Notes: generated by a model from the sequence alone, not told the origin. A DNA stretch of 53,171 nt, filler included, from Sluysia triapertura (GCA_046118255.1; 4 parts of 4 records of this genome joined end to end with filler, not necessarily neighbours in it); one strand, 5' to 3'; counted from the first letter of the whole stretch, positions 1-12,942 are shown. A program made the numbers and translations.

Positions 1-3000
1 ATAATTAAACGATCTTCGAACAAATTTTCTCTTAATATACAATTTAAATACTCCTCATCTTCACAATTTTAACTATTTCGTAAATTTGTTTCACATAAAA
101 TTGATAAATTATTAATAACTCAAAGCAATTAGAATATTTAAAAATATTTGCGTGGAGAAAATAGTTAGAGATGAAATATATTATCGTTTTTATTTGTGAA
201 AATAATTTGTAATTTGTTATATAATTTAGTATTAATATTTAATGTTTTGATTATTAAATTTAATATATAAAATTGACAATATACAATTTATTAAACTCCA
301 TATATTTTTATCATTATATTTACAGGATGAATCATAAGTAGCAGAAGGTTAATTTATTATTGCATTAGTAATTGTTAGTGTGTGCATACGAATGTGACAT
401 TCTGATTTTTAATTCGATGTAATATTATTTTTAAACACATTTATTATTTGTAGTTATGGATTTGCAAACACGGCGCTATATATTATGTGGCTACTATGTT
501 AATCACAAGCTGCATTAAATGTAGTTAAAGAAGAAAAGGGAATTATTAATGATCCATGCAACAGATTGACTGTTACATATTTTCGAAGATCTTCAAACTG
601 AATAACTTATCAAAACAAGGACAAGCAAGTCCAATAAAAGTGCTATCAGTTGTATGACTAAGGACTTCGAATCTATCCACTATCATTAAAGTACCCTATA
701 TTAATCCAAGGACATTTTTAAATCATAATATCACCTTGCATTACTAAACCCAGTATTAAATGAATGTATAGATAACTAAAAATGAATTTCAGAATCGTCT
801 AGTATTGCAGTTTGTCAAGGTGTGTATAATTTTGAATTTTGTATTTTATATTTTTAAATTTTTTCATTTATGTAATTTTACAAAATATTAAAATTTATAT
901 ATTTTAAAAAATTATCAATTTAATTATTAAAATTATAAATTAAAAAATACTATAAAAGAAACTTCCAGAAAGAAGTTTATTTTAAAGCACTAAATTTCAA
1001 AATATGTCTTTATGAGTATATAAAGACAGTGATTAACAAAGAAGACGCCATTATTAATCAGAAGTCATTGGTAAAATTCTGGAATCCATCATTGTCGCCA
1101 TATTTAAGAAATTTATTTATCATTTGGGTAGATAACAACATCGCGTTGGTGAAAATTGATATATTGGTAGTGGATCACTCTTCGAGAAAAACTCAGTCAA
1201 ATTCCAATCAAGAAGATTAAATCGTCTCCCGCGTCTACGATTTGAGGAAACGATTTCCAACAGCACAATCAACTTTTAAGAAGGAGAAATATCTATTCGA
1301 TTTCCATTTTTATTAATTTATCGTAAGTATAATTTACATAAGTTTTTTAACTTTTCGAAAAGTAATAAACTATACTTAAAATATCCTTTTCATGGTTGGT
1401 CATTAAGGCCAATCATAAAATCTACTTTAACATATAAAATCTTGAACCTTTAGTTGGTCCTTAAGACCAATTATAAAATAAATATTGTAGGTAAGAGTCT
1501 TCTGGGCTAGACCCTTATTATATTTAAATTTCTTATTGTTATTATAATTTTATTATTTTTTATTGAAATTTTATATTATTAATATTAACTTTGTAGTATT
1601 ATCTTTTTGTATATTTGAATTAATTTTATTTTGATATAATAAAAAAGGATCAAGTTTTTAGCATTTCTTTTTACTTGAATTTAAACATAGAATTGGTATA
1701 TTTTAATCTAACATATTTTATTATTTCATTAAGCGTAAAAGTTAAAGATTTAATAAACGATACATTTTGAATTTTCATCATCTACATAAAGTTTTTTATA
1801 ATAATTCCTTTATTCCTTAAACTAATGTTGGTCGTAATTAGCTGATCAGTTTTTTAAGTTATTTATTGTTAATTTACACAGACAACTATTTTTGCTCATT
1901 ACTGTTAAATTAAGGCGAAGCATCTTTTTATACAGTTTTTAATTTTGATAATTTTACAGGTACGCCATTAGTAAGTCGTATACTGTAAACGGATTCATAA
2001 TAATTAATTATTTTGCTCTAGGTTAAGTTTTTAGGTTAAGAGAAACACCCAGCATATATAAATTTAATTTTAGATTATAAAAACTAATTAAAATAACTAA
2101 TTCTAATAAAAATCAGCACTACACTAATTCTAATGTTATTTTATCATGCATAGAGATTCTTCATCAAATTAATTAATAAATATAATTTTATATTTTAACA
2201 AGTAAAGCCTTATAAAGAGTTCTTTCTTCGTATCTTTCTTCATTTCATTTTGATTTAAATATTTTATGTACTTATTTCATTAACATAATTCGTCTTAATG
2301 CTTTATCTTAATTCGTTAATACTTACATTATTTTTACAATATAAGCTATAACCCTTATGTAAACTTGAGCTTTAACGAAACCCAACATAATCATAGTCTA
2401 CTATCTATTCTACTTCTGACCTTATCCCACATGTGCACCAAATGTTTCGACTTCTTTGCTCATGCCGCCGAAGATGACGTGAGGTCAAGCAGCATCTGAA
2501 TTAGTGCCTCTCTTTGGCTTGATAAGGAAAAAAAGTACTTCATCTATTTCCCGCTTCTTCTCTTTTTCAATCTCCTTTAGTTGATAATCCACTTTCGACC
2601 ACCTCAACATCTCCAACAGTTTTATTTATCTATGTATGATTATTCGAAATGTAGGAAAAATCAAAAGACCTCGATTTTCACTGCAAACATTGTCACAGAT
2701 TCACACATTGGCCATCAATACCGAAATATCATCGCCACTCTGATATTGTCATTATTGACACCACTGGCCACTTCCAAAACCCTTTTAGCGTTCCGCTTTG
2801 TTGGATGATTCAAATGTCAATTTAAACTTGGATGACTCGGACTAAAAAATGAAACACAGAGATAAGGATTTGATTCATTGATTTCTAATCTATTTCTGCA
2901 TCGGAATTGGATTTTTTATTAAACTAAAAATTGTAAGTTATTTATACATGTCTTTTCCATTATTTAAGATAAGAAATAAAATCATTAATCTTTGCCACTA

Positions 3001-3175
3001 GAATAAACCTACTCTTAAAATCAATTCAACTGTTAAAATGATCAAGGTATAACTTTAACTGTTACGTATGGGTTTGTATTCATGTGTACTGGCAATGAAT
3101 ATACTATATTATGCAATATTAAAGTATTTAAATAATTTAAAAATATATCAAAATAATATATATTATATAAAATCA

Positions 3176-4093
3176 ATGTATGAAAAAATTGCATTTATAC
3201 AACAACATACTTTATTTCCTTATCAAAATGTATTAGCTAAACTAATATTTTATATCGCATCAACAATAATCATCATTATATCGATATATTTATTTTTTAC
3301 TGGCTTAAATACATCACTATATTTATCAAAATATATGGCACATTCTGTAATTTATAATAATTTCAATAAAAATGAATTTAATCCAGAAACTAAAGAAAAA
3401 ATACACTATGTATTTAATGAAGTTAACAAAAATGTTTCCAATCGTGCCTTTTATTTAATGCTTTTGGGTTTAGCTATGGGTTTGATAGTAATTGGAACAT
3501 TATTTACAATTGAATGCAAATTACAATTACTGTTTTATTGTTTTATAGTATTACAAATATTACTATTCGTTGTATTGATTATATTTATAATTAAATTAAG
3601 TCACATTAATTATAAGTCTATATCAAATGGTTTAATGAATATTGTTATGACAAATTTCAATATTAGTGATTGTCAATATTGTTACAATTTTTTTGGAAAA
3701 ACTCGAATTTTTAATTTAAGTTATTCAGATACTTTAGTATTATTTATGTCATCGTTTAAATGTTGCGGCAGAAACAATTATAAGGATTTATTAATTGGTA
3801 ACTATAATTTAACATTACCGCCACCAGTAGTATGTTGTAAACAAAATCAAAATGTTTCAATTAACTTTCTACAAAATGACATTGTCGATTTTACATTAAT
3901 TAATCAACGAACATGCTTATCAAATCAATCATTTGATAATTGTCTTCAACAAATTAAAATCATTTTAATGAAAAAACATGTAATGAATTTTTTGCGTTTA
4001 ATTTATTTAATTTTACATTTAACTTTATTTTTATTTACATTTTTGCCATTATTGTCAGTTTTAGAAACTGTTATGTTTTTAAAAGATAAATAA
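3176..4093 (+). CDS. Intronless divergent tetraspanin
   Basis: Four hydrophobic segments. Large extracellular loop has FKCCG, PPPVVCC (PxxCC-like) and the Cys just before TM4 (NCL). The ORF opens at 3068; the Met at 3176 is a more plausible start. Confidence 0.85.
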   Translation: MYEKIAFIQQHTLFPYQNVLAKLIFYIASTIIIIISIYLFFTGLNTSLYLSKYMAHSVIYNNFNKNEFNPETKEKIHYVFNEVNKNVSNRAFYLMLLGLAMGLIVIGTLFTIECKLQLLFYCFIVLQILLFVVLIIFIIKLSHINYKSISNGLMNIVMTNFNISDCQYCYNFFGKTRIFNLSYSDTLVLFMSSFKCCGRNNYKDLLIGNYNLTLPPPVVCCKQNQNVSINFLQNDIVDFTLINQRTCLSNQSFDNCLQQIKIILMKKHVMNFLRLIYLILHLTLFLFTFLPLLSVLETVMFLKDK

Positions 4094-5587
4094 ATCTACA
4101 ATAAGCTTATATTCAAATTTAGATTTGGTTAATAATAAAGGTAGATATGATATGATATTGAAACTTTTTGACAATATCCGTCATAAACTTGCACATTTTA
4201 AATTCTCTTTTCATTTATTTATCAAACAATTAATTATCTTGCTTTGTATACTAAATTTTACACTTAATGTGGTTATGGTCAAGTTTTCGATAAGAAATTA
4301 TTTAAAACCATTTATTGCAGCTAATTTAGTTTTCAACGCTTTATTACATGTATAAATAAATAAATAACTTGAATCGAAGTCCTGGATGTTAGAATAATGT
4401 AGATTATTAGTTTCATTAAGTTGTCATTCAGTTTACTTTAGATTAATTCAATACGAATTAATCATAAATTTTCTAAACTTTATCCTTTAATGATTGGACA
4501 ATAAATTAATCTGTTTAGAATATAACAGATACGATTTTAATTTAATATGATTAATCTATAAATAGTAATTACGCACACCGTCAAATTAATTTTTGATTTG
4601 AACTTAGTCTTACATAATATTCATTATTTTGCTTTATGTTTTTTCAACAAAACATGCAAATATACAATCAATATAATTTATGCACATACAATCATTCAAA
4701 CAGGCTGTTTTCATCAATTATTATATTTCGAATTTATTAAAAATAAATGTTTAATTTCATGTTTCTCAAAAGTTTATGATAGATTGGGAGATTGTGAATA
4801 TTTCTTCATTTAAATCATCCAAATTCATTCACCTACGCAATGTTATAAATACTTTAATTATGTTAATTAGTTTAATTAGCACTTTGCAGGTTTTGTTATT
4901 AAACTTCAGCAGGTGTTATCTTTATTTTCATTTAAATACATTTTCAATATCAATGTAACCTAATTTTGAGATCCTAAAACATCACAGGACTCAAATTGCC
5001 CAGAGTTATATTTCCAATTATGTAAATTCAGATGTGTACAAGAGGAACTCTGCGATTTTTCAATTGAGTTTGACAGTGTAGTCGAAGCTAATGGTTAGAA
5101 TGAAATAGAGAAAATTAAGAGAATCCAAAATTATTTAACCAGAGTGGCAATTCAGACCTCTAAGAAAATCAGCAATGCGTGTAAGTAAGATTAGAACACA
5201 TTTATAGTGGAAATTGTGTAAATTAACCATAAAATAAGATTAATATATTAAAATCTTAATTTAATTATGAAAAAGTTATGTTTTTGTGAATAACGTTTGA
5301 ATGAGTATTGTTATGTAAAATTTGAAACTGTTTATTGTTTTAAAAAGACCTTTCAACGAAGGTATGGTTTGGAGGTATAAAGAAAGACTTGATATTGAGC
5401 AAAGTCAAATTTTAATTATGGAATGAATTTGCCGTACTTAGAATGATGAAGAAATAATTAATTGAATATGACATGTTGCTAAGAAAGAGGATAATCTACA
5501 AGTGAGTTTGGAATGTTGGGATAAAGGCCTAAAGGTCATGTAGAATTATGAAAATAATGACTATAATAAAATCTAAAATTGTCAGAC

Positions 5588-5905
5588 GGGCTGATAGCTC
5601 AGTGAGTAAAGCATCGATCCCGGGTTCGATCTAACGTATATGAGAAAATAACTTTAAACATTGGTTATGAGAAAATAAAAATTAATTGAATTTTAAAAAC
5701 TAAAGTTAACAATAGTGGTGACTGTTATTTTCAGTTGAGAAGTAATTTAAGTAAAAGATCGATTAGAGTAAATGATAATAAAGGTTGATCATTAATCAAA
5801 TTTTTATGTTCTGTATCTAATAAAGTATGACAAGCCTTAACATGTAATTGTCAAAGTTATTATTGTCGGTTTAATTCTGATTGTTTTGATTATTTGGATG
5901 AAAAA
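5588..5905 (+). repeat. tRNA-headed dispersed repeat (SINE-like), degenerate copy
   Basis: GGGCTGATAGCTCAGTGAGTAAAGC (A box) and CCGGGTTCGATCT (B box) at 5588-5632 with the anticodon arm deleted. Downstream ~5750-5905 resembles ~23610-23750. Confidence 0.6.
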
Positions 5906-6550
5906 ATGATTGTAAAATTATAAATATATTCAAACCTGTTTTATGCAATTTTTTATTTGTGTAATCTCATAACAAGTTATCGAAAATGTTATCATCATCA
6001 TCATTATTATTATTGAATTGGTTAATTTCTTTCAACTGAAAATTTATCGGAAGTTCATTAACAGAAATCATTTCAATGATTTTATTTCATTGTTTAAATT
6101 TTGAAAAATTTCCATGTGTATTTTCCATAATGTTGTATTTCCAGTTTATTTACTTCCAATATCCAGTGATTTAAAATATTATTAGAAATATATCCACATC
6201 TCTGACATTATGTGTACTTTCTGAAAACGAAATTAATAATAATTTCGATTATGAATTTTGCACATCTGAGTGACACCCAAAATCATTTGAAATTTTAAAT
6301 ATATTAAACTTTAATTTAGATTGTTCTATAAATTAAATATACCTTTATAATTCAGTTTGAATACTTTGATTTTTTGATATAAATTCATTTATGGACTATA
6401 TATTCAATATTTTCGATTAATGATAAACTATATTTAGTAAGAAAACAATGCACAATGATTCATATTTTAGTTTTACTATTTTTACAAATCATCATTATTA
6501 TTATAAATTTAATTAATGTTAATTATTAAATATTTAATAAATATTTCTAA

Positions 6551-7444
6551 ATGAATCAATATAAATATAAATTTATCAAAGAACCAAAATTAGTTTTTAA
6601 TCGTTTACCATGGATAATAAATTTTAATAAATGGCACAATTGTATGGAACATAATTACAAGTTTTCATTATGTGGCTATAAAAATTTACATCCAGATTTC
6701 GATGATCCATTTAAACTTTATGAATTACACAAAATTGCTAAGTCATTAAACTATACTTTACCAATTTTCTTAGATCCAATACGTCATTTTGGTTATCATA
6801 TATTACCTAATTATGATGAATTGAAAAAATTAGAATGTACTGATGTAAATTTACTAATACCATCCAAACCACCATTTGTACCAGTTTTATTAAGATGTCT
6901 TATTAATACATTAGAAGAAAATTATGTCAACATTGAGTTATTGTATAATAAATGTCAGTACAGAACTGCCAGAGCACAACGTATTATTATTGATTTATCT
7001 AATCAATGCGATGATTATCGATATATTTGTGACAAAATTCGTTTTGAAAATGCCGACAATTTAGCTAGTGCAATATTATCATATATAAGATATCTTTGCC
7101 CGATTTTATTAAGAAATAGTAGTGAAAGTAACAATGTTGTAGAACAGAATACTTTAACAACACAACATTGTAGTTGTTTTATAATGATACATTTATTACA
7201 CATTTGGGAATTTAGTGAAGATGCATTGAAAGCTTTGAAAATATTATCGAAAATATTTGGACCATTAATGTTACAGCCGAAAAGCGAAAGTAACGATGAT
7301 GATGCTGTTGAACAATTCGAAAAGATATTGATGGAACACGATTATAAATTTTGGTATAAATTAAGTCAAATGCCGGTGAAAATTTTACAATTATTCAGTG
7401 GTTTAACACCAGAAGAACAGAAGATATTTCGTCGTAAAGAATAA
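6551..7444 (+). CDS. Intronless RhoGAP-domain protein, RacGAP1/CYK-4-like, arginine finger apparently replaced
   Basis: PFVPVLLRCLINTLEE, NLASAILSYIRYL, FIMIHLLHI, LSKIFGPLML and FEKILMEHDYKFW parallel RacGAP1 PMIPSIVVHCVNEIE, AICSLLKDFLRNL, FLMIHLQRV, LAKVFGPTIV and VERLLSLPLEYW. Confidence 0.7.
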   Translation: MNQYKYKFIKEPKLVFNRLPWIINFNKWHNCMEHNYKFSLCGYKNLHPDFDDPFKLYELHKIAKSLNYTLPIFLDPIRHFGYHILPNYDELKKLECTDVNLLIPSKPPFVPVLLRCLINTLEENYVNIELLYNKCQYRTARAQRIIIDLSNQCDDYRYICDKIRFENADNLASAILSYIRYLCPILLRNSSESNNVVEQNTLTTQHCSCFIMIHLLHIWEFSEDALKALKILSKIFGPLMLQPKSESNDDDAVEQFEKILMEHDYKFWYKLSQMPVKILQLFSGLTPEEQKIFRRKE

Positions 7445-7959
7445 TTTATTATCACTTTTTAAAATGTTTGTTAAGTTTGGTTTTATTAATTTTTTTGTAG
7501 AACATTTCTCTTGCAACGTCAGCTTGTTTTTATTGTATTATATTAATTTATGTATTATCTTTAGTTGATTTTAATTTTAAATTACTCAATCTGTGTATAA
7601 AAAATATATTATAAATATTATTTTTAGAGATGTTTTGTATTTTAGAATTTTTATTTAAATTATTTAAAAATTTAAGTATAAAAATTATTAATTAATAATA
7701 AGCAGTGATTGAAGTTTACATATTTTTAGAGTTGATAGAACTAAACATAAATTTGACGAAATTTCATTATTTATTATTTGTAGCACGTTTAGAAACTTTT
7801 TTACATCTACTGATTTGAAATGAGGAGTAAAATCAGTTTTGTGATGGCAAATAAAGAATACAATGATTTGTTTGTAAAGAATCTGTTAAGTTATTGGTAA
7901 TATGTCAGATCGTTAAGGATGAAATTTGTAGAAAAAAAGCAAAGTTGGTTTTTTTTAAT

Positions 7960-8200
7960 AAGAATACAATTCAAAATCATGCGGAATTTACATTATGTCT
8001 TTTAGAAATAACAAAAAAATTGGAAATAACCTATACAGAATCCACAGTATAACAAGCTAGGTGATAGGTTGTATACTGTTTATGTTTCAAAAATATACAA
8101 CCAGTTACCAGAGAATGTCAAATTACTGGAAGATTATGAAATACTTAAGAAAAAGGCAAAGTTCTTTCTGTTTCAGAAATATTATGTTGAATTATTTACA
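7960..8200 (+). mobile_element. Non-LTR retrotransposon (L2/CR1-like) ORF2 3' remnant
   Basis: KIYNQLPENVKLLEDYEILKKKAKFFL matches the KxWNxLP..IK....FKKKLK pattern at LINE ORF2 C-termini; surrounding frames are disrupted. Confidence 0.55.
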
Positions 8201-9073
8201 CTAAGCGCTTTTGAGTACTCGCGCAGTAAATATGAGCACAATATAAATTAAAATAGTATTATTTAATTTTAATGAAATTTCATCGATCATAATGTTTCCA
8301 AATTTTAATATCGTATTACTTTTATCTACTCTGCCTAACCTTATTTTTAAATTGATTATTTTCGAATATGTTTTTAAAATTTGATTACACATTATCTCTA
8401 TTGAATCCTACTTTAACATGATTTTACTTTATTTACAGAATATTGAAAATCTAGTTTTTAAAAATATTAATCTCTTAACATTTAATATCATATTATTTCT
8501 ATCTAATCTTAATTTAGAATAATTTTATTTATTTCATCAGCTGTGGTAGCAGAGTTTAATGTTTATAAATTTTGATTTCGCATTGTATCTATACAATCTC
8601 AATGTGAAATGATTGTTATATCTTACTAAATATTGAATTTATATTACCTCTGCGTAATCTCAATTTAAAATGGTTATGCTTTAAAAAACATTATGATCTC
8701 AATAATGAAGTTTGGATACCGAACATTATCAAATATCAAACATTAAAATAATAATAATTATTATTGAGCGTTGTTTGCAACATTATTATTATTTGAATGT
8801 AAAAAGATCATAAAAGATCATGTAACCGCAAAGTGTTCTCGATCATTGACAGAATGAAATCAATACTTCATTTACTCATGTTTATAAATTGTGTAAAAAT
8901 GTTAATAATAAAACCAACTGGTATAATCAGGATTTTGAAATACGAACATTGTTACAAACTTTGATAACACACATATTATTAAAATTTTGTGGAACGTGAT
9001 GCGGTTATGTCGGAATGTGGGTTTTTCAAGTTTGAAAGCTATACTTCAATACAAAAATTTTCCGAAATCTAAC

Positions 9074-11378
9074 GTTAGCATCATTAGGCAAGTGCTCTCT
9101 CCAAGGATGGCGTGGATGCTGCGACCCTCGATTCCATGAATAACGAGAAAGACTTATCCCTTGAGCCAGTTCTTCTAATCGATTTACTATGTATCCTTGA
9201 TCACGGCAACAATCTAGAAAATTCAATAAAACAGACAAACTTGATGGCAAATGCCCCAACAAGCGTGTGATAGAACCGGCACTTCCTAAATTAAACCCAA
9301 ATGGTGGATTGATCAAATTTGAACCATGTCCAGATACAGTGTTAGAAGCTGTCAAATTACGGGCTGAATTCTGAGCAACTAACATTCGTAAAGTTTGAAT
9401 GCTGCACTCTATAGAAACAAAAATTTAATTTTAGTATATATAAAAGTGTACCTCCGATTTTTATATCATGCAAAGCTAGTTCTTTAAAACGATCATTAAT
9501 GAGTTCAATCTCATGAACAACACGATTTAAAATCGTCGTATGAATCCATTGCTTCAGATTATCGATCCATTCATCTACTAATCCCAAATCAACGTCTTCC
9601 TTGGTCCAGAAATGGCGAGACGTTAAATAGGTGTGGTTAGAATGGTTGGAACTGTATAGGTTGTTCCATGGAGGATTCAACAAATCTTGGTTATCAGAGG
9701 ATACGAAAGGTGTTGCTGGCTCATACGAAGACATCTTGGAAAACATAGGTGATACTTTCATCATAGAGCCAAAAATGGGGCTGGACCCTACTTCCATATT
9801 ATTGTTATCTACCGAAGGAGGCGAAATTGGACTCAAATTGTCAATCTGCAACATACCTGAATGTAAAAAGAAAGGTAATATTTTCACAAAATTTAAATAT
9901 TTGATTACATTTTTGAAGTTCCATAAAATAGGTTTAAAATTTACCAAATAAGTTTATTTGCATATCATTTAGGGAAAGGTTGGGTGAACATTTGAAGTCT
10001 TAATCATTTTCTTTATAAAAATGCTGTACAAAATTCTTGCTCATTGTTGAATACTTAAAGATGTTGCAAAATCATGCTATGAATTTAGTGAAGTAAATAA
10101 GCTTTTTGCATTATGAACAGTTGAAAGCAACGGAAATTATTACTGCTGAATGTTTCAAGCACTAATTAGTTAGTCAAAAAGTCTATCGAAATATGAATAT
10201 CATAATATCATATGCATGTGGCCAAAATCAGGAAGTGTTAGAAAATCATTAGATGCATTATCTCAACACCAGTGCTTCAACAGATTAATACAACCTTTTG
10301 GAGCAGCACTTCAGCTCTTTAAATAAAAAAAATCGCTTCGAAAGAACGCATTTATTATTTGAAATTTTATAAATTATTTAAAAAATGTTACTTAAAATTA
10401 TTTAAAAAATTACTTAAAAAATTTTATATTTTATTTAATTAGTCCTATTGAAAGCATTAAAAATCCGTTAACTTATTTAAGTATCAAATAGTTCATAAAC
10501 ATTTAACTTGACTAACTGATTCTGTTTTTAGATGGCGTTGACATACACCGAGTGAAATATGCGCCACTGTCAGCAGGATTATACGAGTTAGAACAATGCG
10601 CCTCTTGGTTATCGAAATTAGGAATTCCTTTAAAATTCGAAGATATAGAACTATTTATTAAATTCATAGGTCTATTGTAACTACAATTCAAATCCATGGA
10701 CGGTAAATAACCTTTGTAAAGTGTTTTTCGACGCTCTTCCATTACCTGCTGTTTCACTTAAAATATTGTCTAAATAATTACGTGCATCCGAAACAAATAT
10801 GCATAAATTATTTAATTAGAAAAATTTAAATATCACTTAAATGAAAAAAATTACAGTTTCCTATCTTAACAAAACATTTGCTTAATTACGAATATTGTAA
10901 ATTATAAAAAGCAGAATAATTATTTTACTTTTCATTTCTTCGGCTTTTGATTTTTTAAATAAATTTCTAAATATTCTGGAGTTCAAAATAGTTTCTACCA
11001 TAATTTTTGATTGCGGAATAAAATCAAACAAAACACACGCAAACGTCGAATATCTTTCTTCGCTTCTTTTAATAGAGTCTAAATAAATAATCCATCTTGC
11101 TTGAATCATTTTTAGAGAATATCCGACAAGAAGCACCATATCAATTGACAATATGAATTTGCCTAACGTCAAATTATAAATGCAAAATATATCATACAGA
11201 AATAACGATAAAAACTGTAATTAGGTCTTCCAATAAAAATATTCCAACAAAAATTAGAAACCATTTCAAAAATGATCAAGAAAAACACTATAACACATTT
11301 CTTGATTGAATAAATAGACTTTTCATCATTTTTAACAGCATTATGCAATTTGCGATTTCTCTTGTAACTGGAATTCAT
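9074..11378 (-). CDS. TMEM209: Transmembrane protein 209 (nuclear envelope NET31) homologue, multi-exon, 3' part not found
   Basis: WIDNLKQWIHTTILNRVVHEI, KIGECSIQTL and YIVNRLEELAQGISLSRYSWNRG..W..HLPNDA match TMEM209. Phase-consistent exons 10756-10517, 9856-9452 and 9408-9074 (43-nt intron 9409-9451). Hydrophobic 5' exons from ATG 11378 are less certain. A GT donor follows 9074. Confidence 0.85.
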
Positions 11379-11689
11379 TTTCTTAGTAGTCCAATTTGTA
11401 CAAAAATTCAAATAATAACAATTATTTGCTTTAATGGTCCAAATATCTAAACAAAGTTATTCATAAAATTAATCGATTTACAAATTTATATTTTATAAAA
11501 ATATTTTTTTAATCAAATCTAAAGTACAACATAAATATATTTCATTAGAATTTATGTGAAATTAATTATTTATTATGTTAAACTAGGCAAGTTACCTTCT
11601 GCAACAATAAATTTAAATTTAATAAAATATAAATTAAAATGTATATGTGCTGACCTAATTCTTTAATCAAAATTTTATCAGTTCATCAT

Positions 11690-12048
11690 ACACCAACCAC
11701 ACAAAAACTTAAAATATTAAATTTCCACAACTTAAAATCCTTACAGTTCAAAATTTAATTCCAATCAAAAAAAATTAAATGAAATTTCCTTAAAAATAGT
11801 TTCAACTTCTTTCAATTATCTGCCATAATTCTCTTCCTTACTCTCTTCTCCATACTACTTCCTATCACTTCGTATTCGACAATTTCAACCTCCTTTAATT
11901 CAAAAACTTCCTTTCTCATTTTTACTCCTCTCTTATATTGTGTCTTTTATTACTTCTATTTTCCCAAATTATTAAATTAAAACTCAATAACTAAATATTT
12001 TCAAAATCTCGATATATTCGTTATTTTATCACAAAACTACAACTAGAA
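11690..12048 (+). repeat. C/A-skewed dispersed repeat (LTR-like family), truncated by contig end
   Basis: ACTTAAAATCCTTACAGTTCAAAA...ATGAAATTTC...CTTTCAATT is shared with ~28610-28790 and more loosely with ~16745-16880. Confidence 0.75.
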
Positions 12049-12148
12049 NNNNNNNNNNNNNNNNNNNNNNNNNNNNNNNNNNNNNNNNNNNNTTAATTAA
12101 TTAANNNNNNNNNNNNNNNNNNNNNNNNNNNNNNNNNNNNNNNNNNNN
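12049..12148. other. Artificial contig spacer (44N-TTAATTAATTAA-44N)
   Basis: Identical 100-bp structure occurs three times; TTAATTAATTAA places stops in all six frames. Confidence 0.98.
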
Positions 12149-12942
12149 ATATATACAAAAAATATTTTATTACAATATAAATAGAAAAACTGTTGAACAT
12201 TTTTTTTGAAATTAGTACTTTCTTGATGATGATTACTTTATATTCCCTCACCGGTATGAACTTTAGAATGTTAAACCTGATCACAAATGCGGAGCATAAT
12301 TTGATATATTTTTAATGAAACATTTTAATGAATATACGAGTTTTACATTTTATTTTTTGAATTGTGCTAACGATTTTAAAATTAAATTCCAAATAATCAA
12401 CTTTCAAAGAGTAAAGGAAGTTTTCAAAGTAATAGGAATAAAATAGTAATAGTAATAAAATATAAAATTTAATAAATCATTCTCACAAAAGTGTATTTTA
12501 TTATTATATGGCAAAATTGGCTATTTCAAGAAATTAGAGAAAAACTGATTCTGAAGAAATTATAATCAAATGCATTTTTGACTGTAATATGGTACCCTCG
12601 AAGGAAGTAATTATCACTCCAATCGTAAGTGTGGATATAATTTATATTTGGACAACAAATTTTCAGATGGACTGTTTATTTTAAGGTTTTAAAATCATTA
12701 AACACAATTTTGTAACAGTTTGAGTAATTAGAAGTTATTGATTATAGAGTTAAATTTGAATAATTTTAAGAGAATAAAAAATAAAAGTTTATGAATAATT
12801 ATAATTATGAATTATAAAGTGAGTAAAAGATATTAATCATTAGTAATGAATAAGTTTAAAGAGAACTCTTTCATTTTAAGAACATTAACGAACCACGTTT
12901 TTGTATTACAATAGTAATAATAATTATTATATCATTACATAC

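Noticed and set aside
325-830. Coding-like segment with possible splice sites
   Set aside because: No consistent reading frame or recognisable family.
1700-2000. LYVDD on the minus strand as an RT active site
   Set aside because: Surrounding spacing and motifs are too degraded to support a call.
8201-8392. ORF containing LGRVD as the missing TMEM209 last exon (cf. GMLGRVN)
   Set aside because: Only a four-residue match; flanking residues and the intervening conserved exons are absent.
9631-9951. Plus-strand 106-aa ORF
   Set aside because: Antisense shadow of a TMEM209 exon; 7015-7203, 35319-35582, 47969-48172 and 49688-49894 are likewise shadows of opposite-strand coding sequence.
12049-12148. 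TTAATTAATTAA within N runs (also 22927-23026 and 36136-36235) as a biological repeat
   Set aside because: Identical 100-bp construction; a six-frame stop linker used to concatenate contigs. ORF 12093-12284 is an artefact of it.
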